Shown here: positions 35,269 to 48,440 of the stretch, in pieces
Position numbering within the stretch: the stretch's first letter is position 1
How the letters are laid out: each line of letters starts with the position of its first letter
Origin: Entomortierella parvispora E1425
Taxonomy: Eukaryota > Fungi > Mortierellomycota
Length of the DNA: 64,000 bases
Assembly (NCBI GenBank): GCA_020891255.1
Contig: BQFW01000001.1
Location: 558,001-622,000 of the forward strand
Direction: 5' to 3'
The notes under the pieces: generated by a model
Database searches by the model: none
Seen by the model: only the letters and a program-made list of their open reading frames with translations
What the model was told of the DNA's origin: nothing
Position numbers and translations under genes: made by a program

Positions 35269-35600
35269 TCATCAGGTGCTCAAGAATTTTAGCGGCAGTG
35301 CGTCTTTCTGTCGCCTTTATTACGGTAGAGGAGATATTATAAATACATTCTATGCAAAACTCGGATTTTTCCCATCGTTATTCTTCCGTCGAACGACCCT
35401 AAAAACGCACGATCTCTCTCTATTTTGTGTCATTTCTGACAAAGGGTCGCTTTTTGTGCTCTATTTTCGCTCCTGACAAATGGTCAAATTTCACGCTCTG
35501 TTTTCACTTTCAGTGTTCAAAGACTCCATCAGAGCCCAGGGTGTTTGAACCCAAGAGCCCTAGTCCTCTGATCTTCGCGACGGCATCACTGGAAGTACTG

Positions 35601-38600
35601 TGCAATAGGAACGCTGGGAACGGAGTGGAGACAAGAAATGAGGTTTATTCTATTGCTAATGACTATCTTATATAGGTGCGCACCGCGTGATGTCACCGTA
35701 ATGTTATACATGTGTTACACCTTCCCCTTTTAAAAACTGAGTCCACGCTGTTGTTTAAAGGCTGCGACCATCTCAGCGGAATGATCCAAGTTGCTGAGTG
35801 GAATCCATTCGTCTGCTTCTCTGCCATAACCTTTCCAGGATAAAAGGAACTGGTGTTGCCTGCGGTACTTTCGGTATTTCAAAATTTCGTCTACTTCGTA
35901 CTCATCTGCGCCGTCGATGATGGTAGGATCCGGGGGTGCAGCGCTTCGAGATCCGAGTGATTCGGGCGACGGCAAGTAGGGTCGGAGGACGTCGACGTGG
36001 AAGACATCGTGGATTTTGTAGAACGGCGGAACTTCCACGCGGAAGGAGACGGGAGAGTGCTGCTCCAAAAGTGTGAAAGGGCCAAGGTACTGTGGTCGCA
36101 ATTTGTCTGCGGGGCTAATACTATCGGCGGGGATCGTGATGTTGGTGGCACGCAGCAAGACCTGGTCTCCGACTTTGAACGTGTGGTCGCGGCGTCGTTT
36201 GTTTGCCTGCTCTTCCTGATGGTCCTGGGCACGCTGTAGAGCATCCTGAGCAAGGGTGAGCGTTGTTGCTTGATCGTTAAGAAAAGTGTCGACGGTGGGG
36301 ACGGTAGAGTTGGGGACACTGAGGAGAGCTGCTGGAAGTCGAGGATGCTGTCCACTGTTGAGGAAGAACGGCGAGAATCCAGTTGAGGCGTTGACGGCAT
36401 TGTTGTAGGCGAACTCCAGTGATGGAAGAAGCTGATCCCAGTTAGATTGCTTGTTATCGATAAAAGCCCGTAACATTGTCTTTAGGGTCTTGTTCATAAC
36501 CTCCGTCTGCCCGTCGGTCTGTGGGTGGTAGGCCGTGGAGAGCGCCAATTTCACATCCAGCATTCGGTGTAACTCCTGCCAAAACCTACTTGTGAATCGA
36601 GTGTCGCGGTCGGAGATGATGGAGGTGGGGAGGCCATGCAGCTTGAAGATATTGTCAAAAAACTGGTGTGCCACATCGAGAGCGGTGGCCGTGGTGGTGC
36701 TGGGAACAAAATGTGCGAGCTTGGTGAGTTTGTCAACAAAGACTGTGACGGCGTTGAAGTTGCGTGCTGTTGTTGGGAGGGGACCAATAAAGTCCATGGT
36801 GACAACTTCCCATCGTTGAGCTGGGATAGGAAGAGGCTGCAACAGTCCAGCAGGTCGCTCCTATGACCCTTTGTTCCTCTAACACTTGTCGCAGGTGGCC
36901 ACGTACGTCTGGGTGTCATTGGCGATGTGTGGCCAGTATACGAACCGACGCAAGTTGTCAAAGGTCTTCTGAAAGCCAAAGTGTCCAGCTGTGGTCGAGT
37001 GGTGGGCATCGCGCAACAGAGTGAGCCGGATGGAAGACTTTCGAGGAATGGCTAGTGTGGTGGTTCCTCGCCTAGTGTAGTAGCGGAGGTTGTTCTCGAA
37101 CCGATATCCATTGGCAACTTTTCCTTCCAGACAGCCCTTGTAGATGGGTCCGAGGCGAGGGTCGTTCTCGTAGTCCTGCACAAGTTGGTCACGGACGTCG
37201 GAGGACAGCGACAGACTGAGGTTGTGGAGCTCAATGGGGTCAGGGTTGGGGTAGTCCGGTCGGCGTGAGAGGGTGTCAGGGACGATATTCTCAACTCCTG
37301 GCTCGTACTTGAACTCCATGTCGTATTCCTAGAGCAACTCCATCCAGCAAGCCTCTCTCGAGTGAGTTTGGGCTGGGAGGGGAAATGTGGCGAAGAGTGT
37401 AACGGTCGGTGTTGACAGTGAACTTGGCGCCGTCGAGGTAGTAGCGCCATGTGCGTAGAGCGTGGATGATTGCTAGCATCTCCTGCTCATGGGTGCGATA
37501 GTTCAGCTCGGCTTATTGCATTTTTCAGGAAGTGAATGCAACCGGATGAGCGTTGCCATGTCGGTCCACCCGGAGCAGTACTGCGCCAATGGCGAAGCCA
37601 GATGCATCCATGTCAACGAAGGTAGGGAGATCAGGGTCGAAGATGCAGAGGACGTGGGCAGAGCAGATGGCGCGTTTGAGCTGGAGGAATGCAGATTGTT
37701 GTTCGTCGGTCCATGTGAAGGGAATGTTGTTGGCGTGGAGGGAAGAGAGAGGGAGGGCACTCTGTGCAAAGCCTGATACGTGCTGTTGATAAAATTGCGC
37801 AAGCCCCAAAACCTGCTGGACATCCTTTGTGGGTGAGCCCGGCTGATGTTTTGATTCCATCCTTTGTGATTGAAAATTCAGTCTCAGCTTGCATGAAGGA
37901 GCACTTCCTCAATTTCGCGTAGAGACCGTTCTTGAGGAGTAGGCCCAAACGCTTCTGAGATGCCGCAGATGTTCTTTCTTTGTCTTGGAGTAGATCAACA
38001 GGTCGTCGAGATAGACAACGACCCATTTGTCCAAGACTGGGTCGAGTACTCGCAGCATCATATTGGAGAACGAAGCGGGGGCGCTCGTGAGACCAAAGGG
38101 GACAACGTTAAATTCAAAGTGACCATAACGACAACGGAAGGCAGTCTTGCGGGTATTGGGTTCAAAGATTCGTTGTTGGTGATAGCCTGATAAGAGATCC
38201 AACTTGGAGAAATAGCGAGCACCTCGGAAGCGGTCAAGTTGTTCATCGATACGGGGCAACGGGTGTCGGTTCTTCTTTGTCATTTTCTTGAATCCACGAT
38301 AGTCGACGCACATGCGGAGTGTACTGTCCTTCTTTCGAACGAAAAGAACAGGGGCGCCATATGGAGACGTACTGGGTTTGATAAAGCCAGCCTTCAGCAA
38401 TTGATCTAGTTGTTTTCTAAGTTCGTCTAGCTCCGCTATCGAGAGTTTGATAACGGGTCGAAAGGGAGGGTCGGCTGTGGGGCCGGTTTCAATCTATCGC
38501 GTCGCCGCGGTCTGGAGGAAGTCCGTCTGGGAGCTTCTCGGAAAAGACATCAGCAAACTCTTTCATGACAATGGACCGCACCTCAGGGGTCATGTCTGGA

Positions 38601-40754
38601 ATTGTACGCTTTTTGTCAATCTCGTCAGTCTCATCGATCTCGTCAGAATGTTCTAGGGTGTTGACTTCGGAGCCAGGTAAGGTTGCCATGGCGTGGAAAT
38701 GCATGTGTGTGAGGAGGAGGCCTTTAGAGCGGGACTGGATGTGGTCAGCCTTGAAGCTACGACAGTTTCACAGAACGTCAGCGCCATTGTGGTTGAAGTG
38801 GAGATAGTTGGTGGGCCAATTGATGAGGGGGTTGATCTTGGTGAGCCATGGTTTACCAAGGATGAGGTCGTATTTGTTGAGGGGGGAGAGGATGGGGTTG
38901 AGTGTGTCGGAGAAGTCGCCGCGGTCGAGGGTGATGGGGACGGTGTGTGATGTGATAGAGGAAGTGCCGTTGGGGAGGAGGATAGGGATGGGCAGGCATT
39001 GGGCTCGATCAAGCTGATGGCCTTTTTGAAACGAGGAACTGATAATATTACCTTCTGCCCCACCATCAATTAGAAAATTAGAACTTTTGCAGGGCGACCG
39101 TTGATCGAACCAATGAAGGTGAGCAGTTGGTTCTCTACCTTCTCGATAGTGAATTGGTATAGGCGAATCGCGCGACGCTTCAACTTCTTCAACTGGCTTT
39201 TAGACAGAGTTACACTAGGTGCCAGCGGAACAGCGAGAGGGTCCGGTTCATCTATAGCGGAGGATCTAGGTACAGGAGCGGACGAGGCAACAGGGTTCTG
39301 GTTTTGGATTTGGTCCGAGGAGTCAACCAGTGGGGCAGGGATGTGAGCTGTCTTATCATGATTTGGGGCATGTTTTTGGGGTCCAGAATCACGAGAAGCT
39401 TTCTTTGAGTTACTTAGCTTTGGAGTGCTGGATCCCCCTCCGCCACTGGTGTGACAAAGAGGTTCAGTTTCGGCAGCTATGGTCCGGACCGACCTTAATT
39501 TCGGGGGCATTTTCCAAAGGGGAGCCGCCCTTGTTAGAAGAGGTGATGTTGTTGACAGAGACAGGTCCACGGCAAGACTTGGCGTAGTGACCAGCATCGA
39601 TCTTGCGGCAGCGGAGGCAACCGTTGTTCTCGATGAGGTATTGCTTCTGTTCAGGCGTCAGTCTTTTCAAAGAGGAGTTCTGTTGGTGGGCGGGGCGAGA
39701 TCGATTGTTAATTCTAGAGAGGATATAGACCTGGATAGAGTGACTGTTGATAATCTTCACAAGTGAAGCGACGGTGATGTTATCAATGTCCATTACCATG
39801 TTGGCGTCATTAATAGCGTTAGCACTGGTAGTAGTGCAGTCAAGTCCTGCAGAGGAAGACGAAGAAGGAGGGGGGGGGACAATGCACTCGCAGATCTGAT
39901 CGAAATGCTCGGCTACGCTGCACAGATCTTGGATAGTGCAATTGGGATTGTTGAGCTTGTAAGTCAGGAGAACCTGTCGGAGAGTTCTGGGAGCACCCTT
40001 CAAAAAGCACGAAGTGGCGGCCTGTTCAAGGGTGAGACGGGCGCGGGGATCATGTCTTGGGGACAAAGGAATGACATGTACTTGCGGGTGCGTGCCACGT
40101 AGTCCGATACCGTAGAGGTCATCCTGATATCGAATAACATGTTGCGCACTTGGTCAATAAAACCAGCCGGCTGGAATGCAGCGCGGAAAGCTTTGACAAA
40201 ATCGTCCCAGGGGGCCTCTTTGTAGAGGGCATTGCCCTCCCACCACAAGGTGGCGTCGTCGGTGAGGAAGATGGTTGCATGCAAGGTGCGCTCGTGGTCG
40301 GGCATGCGGGTGCCTTTGAAGAGGCGAGTGATCGCAGTGAGCCAGATCTCACATTTGAAGCCATCTCGTTCGCCCTTGTAGTGTTCGGGCTGGGGGAAGT
40401 GGAAGGTGGTAAATGAAAAGAGACTAGGTGCAGAGGGCTGGCAGACAGGAGCGAGGTGAGCTGGTGCCTGGTTGGTGTCCAAAACAGGGTTGTCTGGGGA
40501 AGTCATGGTGAGGCGGTGGAGGAGGTCAGTGAGGGTGTCAATGGGGTCAAGGGGCGATTGGTGAGGACAGAGTGGTTCGAGGAGGTCAGAAGTTAAGGGT
40601 CAGTGGTCAGGGGATCGAAGGCCCTTTGCTATCGTGTTCTGGGAGTACTGGGGAAATTAATTTCCCCAGGTTGTCCAGTCGCTGACTTTGTGTCTTTGGT
40701 CAGGACTCTCTGCGCTGAGTCGAGTCAGACGCCTACCCGACATTGGAGTGTACA
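35601..40754 (-). mobile_element. Degenerate Ty3/gypsy chromovirus with non-matching LTRs
   Basis: gag (CLRCRKIDAGHYAKSC), protease, RT (YLDD), integrase and chromodomain with stops and deletions; LTR 35601-35719 related to the first element, next to the PPT; candidate LTR 40635-40754 next to a degenerate PBS. Confidence 0.9.
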
Positions 40755-40840
40755 AATTTCTGTCCAATCCTTTGGTACTATATCCGTCTGATGCTGTCCT
40801 TCCTTGTCTATGATATACTTTGAACAACTATTAATACTGC

Positions 40841-40872
<32 letters not shown>

Positions 40873-41151
40873 GAGGCGCGACGCGACGAAGAGCAATCCG
40901 AGGTAGGTAATCACGTATACCGTGCCAACTGGGATCGCGCGACTGTGAACGTGTACGTGACAACCCGGATCAGCAGTCACGGCTCGAAAAAAAAAGAGAT
41001 ACTCATTCCTGCGGGGACAGACACAACCGAGGGACCGACCGAGAACAGCATTCCTTTACTCCTTCTTCCGTGTTTCTTTCATTCTTGACCGTCTCCTTTC
41101 TCTGTTCGTTCCTGCGTCGCCGTACTTCTCATTCCTCGCTCTCTACTTACG

Positions 41152-43957
41152 ATGTCATCAGAACTATGCGAGGATGCCCAGGAGCTCGACTTTCTCATTA
41201 CGAGAATGAAAGATCTGCTCGTCCAATGTAATGTACCCCTCATTCCTCTTTGTCTACTGCCCTCTCGTCCTCTTGCCCGCTTCTCTGCGGCAATGAAGGA
41301 GGGGAATCGCCTTCCGATTCCTTTACGCTGCAACGTCTTTACGTCTAGATGACTCACATTCGAACAACGCTTTTTTTTCTATTCCCTTTCCGCTGCGCAT
41401 GATTGACTTTCGTGGATGACCCGAATATGGACTGATCCGAACACACGCACAAAAAATTAATCATGCAATTGCTCTCTTTTTATCCGCGCGCGTGGGGATC
41501 GGCCGCATCCATATTCAACCGATACAACCGAACAGACATGGAGCAGAGTCGACAGTGCGAGGGACTCTTGGTCGATTATCGGGAACCGGAAGAACTGGAG
41601 CGGATCATGGACTTTTCGTTGCCAGACCACGGTGTCGGACCCGAAGGTAACGTGAACGACATGAGGAGGGATTAGCCATTCTTAATTTCCACCTGTCTTT
41701 GCGTCAACGTTACACAGATTTGAGGTTGCATGCGGCGACTCGGGCTAATGACCGATCGTTTGTTTGTTGTTTTAATGTTTGACACACCATTGATACTGCT
41801 TGCTTATATCCATCTGATAGGCATCTTCCCCACCATCACACAAACGTTGCAGCACAGTGTCAACACATTCTCGCCAAGGTTCATGGACAAACTCTATGCC
41901 GGCTCAAGTCCTATCGGAGTCATGTCTGAGCTCTTGCTCGCTGGCCTCAACGGAAACTCCCATGTTTATCATGTCTCACCGGTTTTTACCCTCATGGAGA
42001 TCCACGTCACCCGAGCTATGGCTCGGCTCTTTGGCTTCAAAGGCGAGTTTGCAGGTGGACTGTCTTGCCCTGGTGGAAGTGCCAGCAATCAGCTGGCAAT
42101 GGTTACTGCTCGTAACTCGTTGTACCCAGAAATCAAGTTGTCTGGCTACTTTCCACGCCCTTCTGTTGCCGAGGTTCAGGAGTTGGAGCAACTAGGATAC
42201 CCACCTGTGTTGATCGAGCGAATCAGTAACAGTCGAGGAAGCACGTACGGAAAGCTGATTGCATTCACGAGCAGCGCTGGACATTACTCTCTCGAGAAAT
42301 CGGCTGTTATCATGGGTCTTGGAACAGAAAACATTGTTGGCGTGCCTTGCGATTCTTATGGCGCCATGATGCCCTTTGAACTGGGTAAGTTTTTTATTTA
42401 TTTATTTTTTTAATTTTTTTTTAGTTTATATGAAAGCTGGAGTTGGAAGCAACTCTGCAAGAATGTTCAGAATGGCGTGCTTGGATGTGCACTAACAGGC
42501 GCACGAACCCCTCTTCAAATCTTTAGAGCGTTTGATCCAGGAGCATATCGCTTGCGGACACACACCCTTTTTTGTGAATGTAACAGCAGGAACTACGGTC
42601 TTGGGCGCTTTTGACCCCATTCGGCCCTGTGCTGAGATTGCGAGAAAATACAATATCTGGCTTCATGTGGATGGATCGTGGGGAGGATGCACTGTCTTTG
42701 TTCCGGAATTGGCAAGGACTTTGCTCGATGGTACAGAGTTGGTAAGTGCACACTGGGAAAAGAAATCGAATGATGGGTCGAATCGCGAGGGCGATCGCGT
42801 TTTGACGGTCGGAGTGAAATGTGGGGAACCAAAAAAAGAAATCTTCTCTCAGACTCATCGATTTTTTTTTTTGTTTATTTCAGGCCCAGTCAATTACTGT
42901 GAATCCACACAAGATGCTTCAAACATCTTTGCAGTGCTCGTTGCTCTTGGTGCCAGATTCGTCCATCTTCCCTCGTGCGAACGCCCTCAAGGCCAACTAC
43001 CTCTTCCATGGACAAAGCCACGATCTTGGTGACGGTACTCTTGGCTGTGGACGAAGATCGGATGCCATCAAGCTGTTTCTCGGATGGAAGTACTATGGAA
43101 AACTCGGATACCAGGCCAGGATTGAAAAATCATTATCCAACGTCCGTCGCTTCATAGAGTTGCTTCATCAGGACGACATGAGGGGACAACGGATTCAAAT
43201 GTTAAGGCTCGGCAGCGAAGACCATGATCTGGAGGAGAAGCTTGTGAAGGAACGACAACATACCCGGGACAAGACCCAGCCTAGTCTTTTGCAGATCTGC
43301 TTCTGGTACCGACCCAAGGGGAGCAAGAAGATTGATTGGCGTGGCACAGAACGTCTTTGGAAGCGCTCCGTCGACTCTTTGACTGTTGCAAACGCTTTGC
43401 CTCAGAAAAAGAGGGCCATTCTACTTAAGGGTGATGCGGATTCTGCAGCCGTGACCCCAGTCTTGAATGGTGGTTCAGGATCGCCTCAGTTCACCAGCCA
43501 ACCTTCCTTGGAGTCTGCAACACCCATTTCAGAGGTAACTCATTCCAGATGCTCGTCAGCAGAGTCTCTGACCTCCTTTGACTCTCATGGTTCGAGCGCG
43601 ACCTCATTCTCGACGTGCGCATCCGGGACACCGCCCACGACTGGACCCAGTCTTTCCTCGACAAAGAGCTTGGGTGAATCGGACTATGGCGTCATTCTCG
43701 AGAGCCCACAGGACAGAAAGGAAGCCAAAGCGTGGATGGAGAGTGTGACTAAGGCCATCCATGCAAGGATCCGAGTCCGTGGTGGATTCATGATTGACTA
43801 TGCCCCCCTGGGTTCCTACTTGCCTGTTTTCTTCCGCGTGGTCCTGAACCCACCTACAATCCGGGAATTGGATTTGGTCAAGTTGGTAGAGGAGATTCTG
43901 GAATGTGGCCAGGATGTCGCTGATGCCTTGCCCATCCCTGAATGCTGTCGCGCTTAA
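41152..43957 (+). CDS. Group II PLP-dependent decarboxylase (GAD/CSAD/GADL1-like), multi-exon
   Basis: PRFMDKLYAG, PGGSASN, HYSLEKSA, TAGTTVLGAFDP, WLHVDGSWGG, NPHKML (PLP lysine), CGRRSDAIKLFL, FFRVV. Confidence 0.9.
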
Positions 43958-44093
43958 TTTTATATATCACATCCAGCCGGGAGAGACTTTGCGAAGGGAG
44001 AAAGAGCAAAAGCAACCACATTTTGTAGACCTTACACATTTTTTTAATATAATAATCGCGTATCATGAGAGAAATCAAACAGATGCAACCTGT

Positions 44094-45622
44094 TTACGTG
44101 CGGTTGCACCTAGAAAAGTGGGACTGGACCATTTGGCATAGCTTCACGTTAGTCGCCTTTACCGGGTGCATGTCCTCGGACAAATCTCGGAGATCTGGCC
44201 AGGTGTCCGACATCCATTGGACGTCCCTGACCTGCAAATTTTGTCCTGTGCTCAAGAAATTCAAGACCTCAAGATGTCGAAGTGATTCCAAATGACCCAG
44301 ACCAGTGTCTAGACTCAATTCCAGATATCGACTTCCGTAGTACCTGGGAGGGACATCCAGCTCCAAGTCTCTGAGTTGTGTTAAGGCCGAGATCTGCTTG
44401 AGGATCAGCTCATTCCATTGCGGTTCTACTTCTGCAATCGCCAGTCGAAGCATCCTTAGTCCAAGACATACCCAAGGTTGAGCCAGATGGCGAGGATACT
44501 GGGCTAGGTGGACCTGCCACTTCTGAACAAGCGATTCCGTCTCTCCCTCTCCATCATCTGACGTCTCTGCGGCGTTCCATTTTGGATCCAGATCCACCAT
44601 CTCCTGTCGACATTTCTCCGCCAGAGCATCCTGAACCATGTCAAACGCAAACAAGACTGGGGAGTTGAACATCATCAGTTTGGGGCAGGAGGACAAGATC
44701 ACCTGGACCATCCAGCTTTGTACATTGTCCGAGTCGTCCAGGTCCAAATTTTCAAGAGTCAGAAAGTGTCTCCCAAGGCTCCTAAATGAGCTAGGGCCGA
44801 AACCCAACCTAGGGATGTTGAGTTTGGTCAATGGGGCGCACATGTCCAACATCTTGCTGAGTAAATCGTCCGTGAACAGCGTGCTTTGATAGTGATCCAA
44901 TGACAGACTATGAATGTTAGACCAAGGCCGTGTTGAGATCTGAGAGGCCGGGAACGATGATGAGAGAGGTCCTGTCATCAGCAGAGTGCGAGTTACACTG
45001 CTTCCATTCTCGTTCATGCAGAGCGTCGTCAAGTTGGGAAGCCAAAGGCCATTGTCCTTTTCAAGCAAGAGATTCGAAGGGTCGATAATATAATCCATAT
45101 TGCAAAAGCTGAGACTTAAAACCCGCAAAGAACCCAACCGTCCAATGAGTCGGATAGCGTCCTTGGTCAGATAATCAAGAATAGCTTCCGTAGGCCAACA
45201 AACCTGTGATCCAAAAACGCTCCCCCGAAGTAATAATCGCTGCCTGGATCCTGCTCGATGGTCAACACCTGGAGTCCCAACGCCGATTCAAGCAGGGCGA
45301 CCGTCTTCGAGGCACGAGGAGTGTTGGGGGGGATATTTAGATACAGGCTTTGGAGACGCGATGGACCACCGTGATTAAAATCGAGTTGGTACAGTAACCT
45401 GACATACGGACCCTCGACAATAACTCTTGCCCTCCGAAGAAGATGTCCATACTCAGAGAGGACAAAGAGAGGTGGCTTTTGAGGTGAGGTTTCATCCAAG
45501 GTATAGTAAAGGCAAGGGGCAAGAACTTGATGCCATGTCTTGTTGACGCGGATGCTGCATGTCAGGTCTTGATGGGTGAGAAACTTGCCGATGCATGTGA
45601 GAAGCTCTGGCGGCACATTCAT
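44094..45622 (-). CDS. F-box/RNI-like LRR protein with one homopolymer frameshift near 45215, possibly intact
   Basis: F-box N-terminus PPELLTCIGKFL..CSIRVNKTWH; LRR-like repeats and PWVCLGLRML; adding one T to the T-run restores a single ORF. Confidence 0.8.
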
Positions 45623-47100
45623 GCTGAGATGGTCAGAGGAGAAAAAGGGGCAATGTCATGAGAGCATGTGCTTTGCATTCATCGCGCCGCGCGGCAGTCA
45701 ACGCCACCAATCTCTAATCACGTGTGAAGACCTGCATTCGCGTCAATGGGTCTCTGGGCAGCGATCTGGTTCATGTTGCAGCGATCTGGTTCACGTAAGC
45801 TGTAGTGTACACGGAAGCACGAAACATGACAAACATGACAAGTACAGCAATATGGCGAGATCTCTTCACACTCTTTCGTCTTTTTTTTTTTTTTTTTTTT
45901 TGAAATTCGTTTTTTTATCGAAGTCGGCTCGAGGTATATCGTACACCATCAAAATAGCAGCCACATTTTAGAGTGGCCTGAGGATGAGAGTGGGAGGACT
46001 TCAGATAGACATGGGCGAGCTGGCAGCAGTGTACGGTGGGAATTGGTGGGTATTGTCGAAGAGCGTGAGTGGGGACTGTCGTGATCCCAGGCATCACGTG
46101 ACGCCTACATGTTGAACCTCATTTCTTCGACCTCTAGGTTCCTAGGCCGGCTCCCGGCCCATAGGCCCCCTTGGATGGCCCTCCGGCTCATCAGATCCCT
46201 TGAAGCCGGCACCGCCGACGCAAACCTTCAGGATACTCCGGATCCAATGAATAAGTCCCTCATTATTACCTATAGAACATAGCAACATCTTTGTCCCGCG
46301 CTGAGTGCTCGCGCCTATAAAAGAGAGGCTTTCAGCCTCTCTGAATAAATCAGTTTTATCTTTCTTTTCATACAACTCATCTTCCTTCCCCTTTGCATGC
46401 CAAGCTCTCCCATATCCTGGGCGTTCCTTTACATTGCTGTCCTGTTCCTTGCCTTCCTTGTCGATCTTGCCTCAAATGGCTTCCCTCGCACCTTCTCAGA
46501 CGCGTCCCCGTCTCCCTGTTGCACTACTTCTAACCCCAAGGCCAAGCCACACCGCTTGTCTCGCCCTTATTCTTACAGGACAGCGTGCAGGGCACGCATG
46601 GCCGTTCGGGTGGGAGGACTGCTATTCGCCACCAAATTTTTTCTTTTTTTTTCCCCTCCTCATTCAACAATTCATCGAAAGCACCTGTAATAAAGTACAT
46701 TCCCACTCTGCTGCGGTCCTTCCACTTAATCCAAAGCTGCTCTTTTATCAATGTCAACAGATTTGGGACCATACAGCAAGAGCAGAAAGTTTGAACCCCT
46801 TGCGACTGCGTCTTCTCTCGAAAAGCTTGACTACTTTGACAGAATCTTCAAAGATCCACCCAACGCTGAAGAATTAATGGCCAGAACATACCCAACTGGT
46901 ACAGCCCTTTCACAAATGAAGGTCCTTCACACGGAGGTCACTCACACAAATCTGTTCACTCCAAAAAAATGAGCAATTGGACAGTGGGAAAGGCTCTCGT
47001 GATGTGAACTACTCGGTGCAACTCAAGAAGTCGGGTCGTTCATGAGAAGATGTTAATGCATGGGAGTGAACAATTAAATTAAAAAAGCCACTCCATGATC

Positions 47101-48440
47101 GCATGGGTCGCAAGGGTGGCGCAGGAGCATTTGCAGGAGCGCGTGGGTTGCAGGAGAGCATGGGTTGCAGGAGCGCGCAGGTTGCATGGGTCGCATTAGC
47201 GCATCAGGTCACACAGGTCACAGAGTTTGATGGGCGGTCGCATGGGTCGCATGGGTCGCATTTGTCGCATCAGGTCACAGAGGTTGGGGGGGTCGCATGG
47301 GTCGCACGAGCGCATGGGTTGCAGGAGCGCATGGGTTGCAGGAGCGCATGGGTTGCAGGAGCGCATGGGTTGCAGGAGCGCATGGGTTGCAGGAGCGCAT
47401 GGGTTGCAGGAGCGCATGGGTTGCAGGAGCGCATGGGTTGCAGGAGCGCATGGGTTGCAGAAGCGCATGGGTTGCAGAAGCGCATGGGTTGCAGAAGCGC
47501 ATGGGTTGCAGAAGCGCATGGGTTGCAGGAGCACATCAGGTCACACAGTTCACACAGGTTGATCGGCGGTCGCATGGGTCGCATGGGTCGCACGAGCGCA
47601 TGGGTTGCAGAACGCGCATGGGTTGCATGGGTGGCGCAGGGGCGGTCGCATGGGTCGCATGGGTTGCAGGAGCACGTGGGTTGCAGAAGCGCATGGGTTG
47701 CAGCCGCATGGGTTGCAGAAGCGCATGGGTTGCAGGAGCATGGGTTGCAGAAGCGCATGGGTTGCAGGAGCACATCAGGTCACACAGTTCACACAGGTTG
47801 ATGGGCGGTCGCATGGGTCGCATGGGTGGCGCAGGAGTGGTCGCATGGGTCGCATGGGTCGCATTTGTCGCATCAGGTCACAGAGGTTGGGGGGGTCGCA
47901 TGGGTCGCACGAGCGCATGGGTTGCAGGAGCGCATGGGTTGCAGGAGCGCATGGGTTGCAGGAGCGCATGGGTTGCAGGAGCGCATGGGTTGCAGGAGCG
48001 CATGGGTTGCAGAAGCGCATGGGTTGCAGAAGCGCATGGGTTGCAGGAGCACATCAGGTCACACAGTTCACACAGGTTGATCGGCGGTCGCATGGGTCGC
48101 ATGGGTCGCACGAGCAGAACGCGCATGGGTTGCATGGGTGGCGCAGGGGCGGTCGCATGGGTCGCACGGGTTGCAGGAGCACGTGGGTTGCAGAAGCGCA
48201 TGGGTTGCAGGAACGCATGGGTTGCAGAAGCGCATGGGTCGCACGAGCGCATGGGTTGCAGAACGCGCATGGGTTGCATGGGTGGCGCAGGGGCGGTCGC
48301 ATGGGTCGCACGAGCGCATGGGTTGCAGGGGCGCATGGGTGACAGGATAGCTTCAGGTCACACAGTTCACACAGGTTGATCAGCGGTCGCATGGGTTGCA
48401 GGAGCGCATGGGTTGCAGGAGCGCATGGGTTGCAGGAGCC
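47101..48440. repeat. G-rich minisatellite: 17-bp unit GCATGGGTTGCAG(G/A)AGC, 9-bp unit GCATGGGTC and recurring linker blocks
   Basis: Direct reading; linker atcaggtcacacagttcacacaggttgat recurs near 47535, 47774, 48053 and 48355. Confidence 0.95.

Noticed and set aside
18376-40754. Starship, Polinton or other giant element carrying queA
   Set aside because: No tyrosine-recombinase captain, DNA polymerase B or capsid genes seen; queA lies outside the inverted repeats
46751-46972. 73-aa ORF before the satellite
   Set aside because: Short, no recognisable domain; may be a gene fragment but cannot be supported
47101-48440. CRISPR-like array, or the long ORFs (up to 360 aa) across the satellite
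   Set aside because: The units are directly tandem with no unique spacers, the context is eukaryotic with no cas genes, and the ORFs arise on both strands simply because the 17-mer lacks stops
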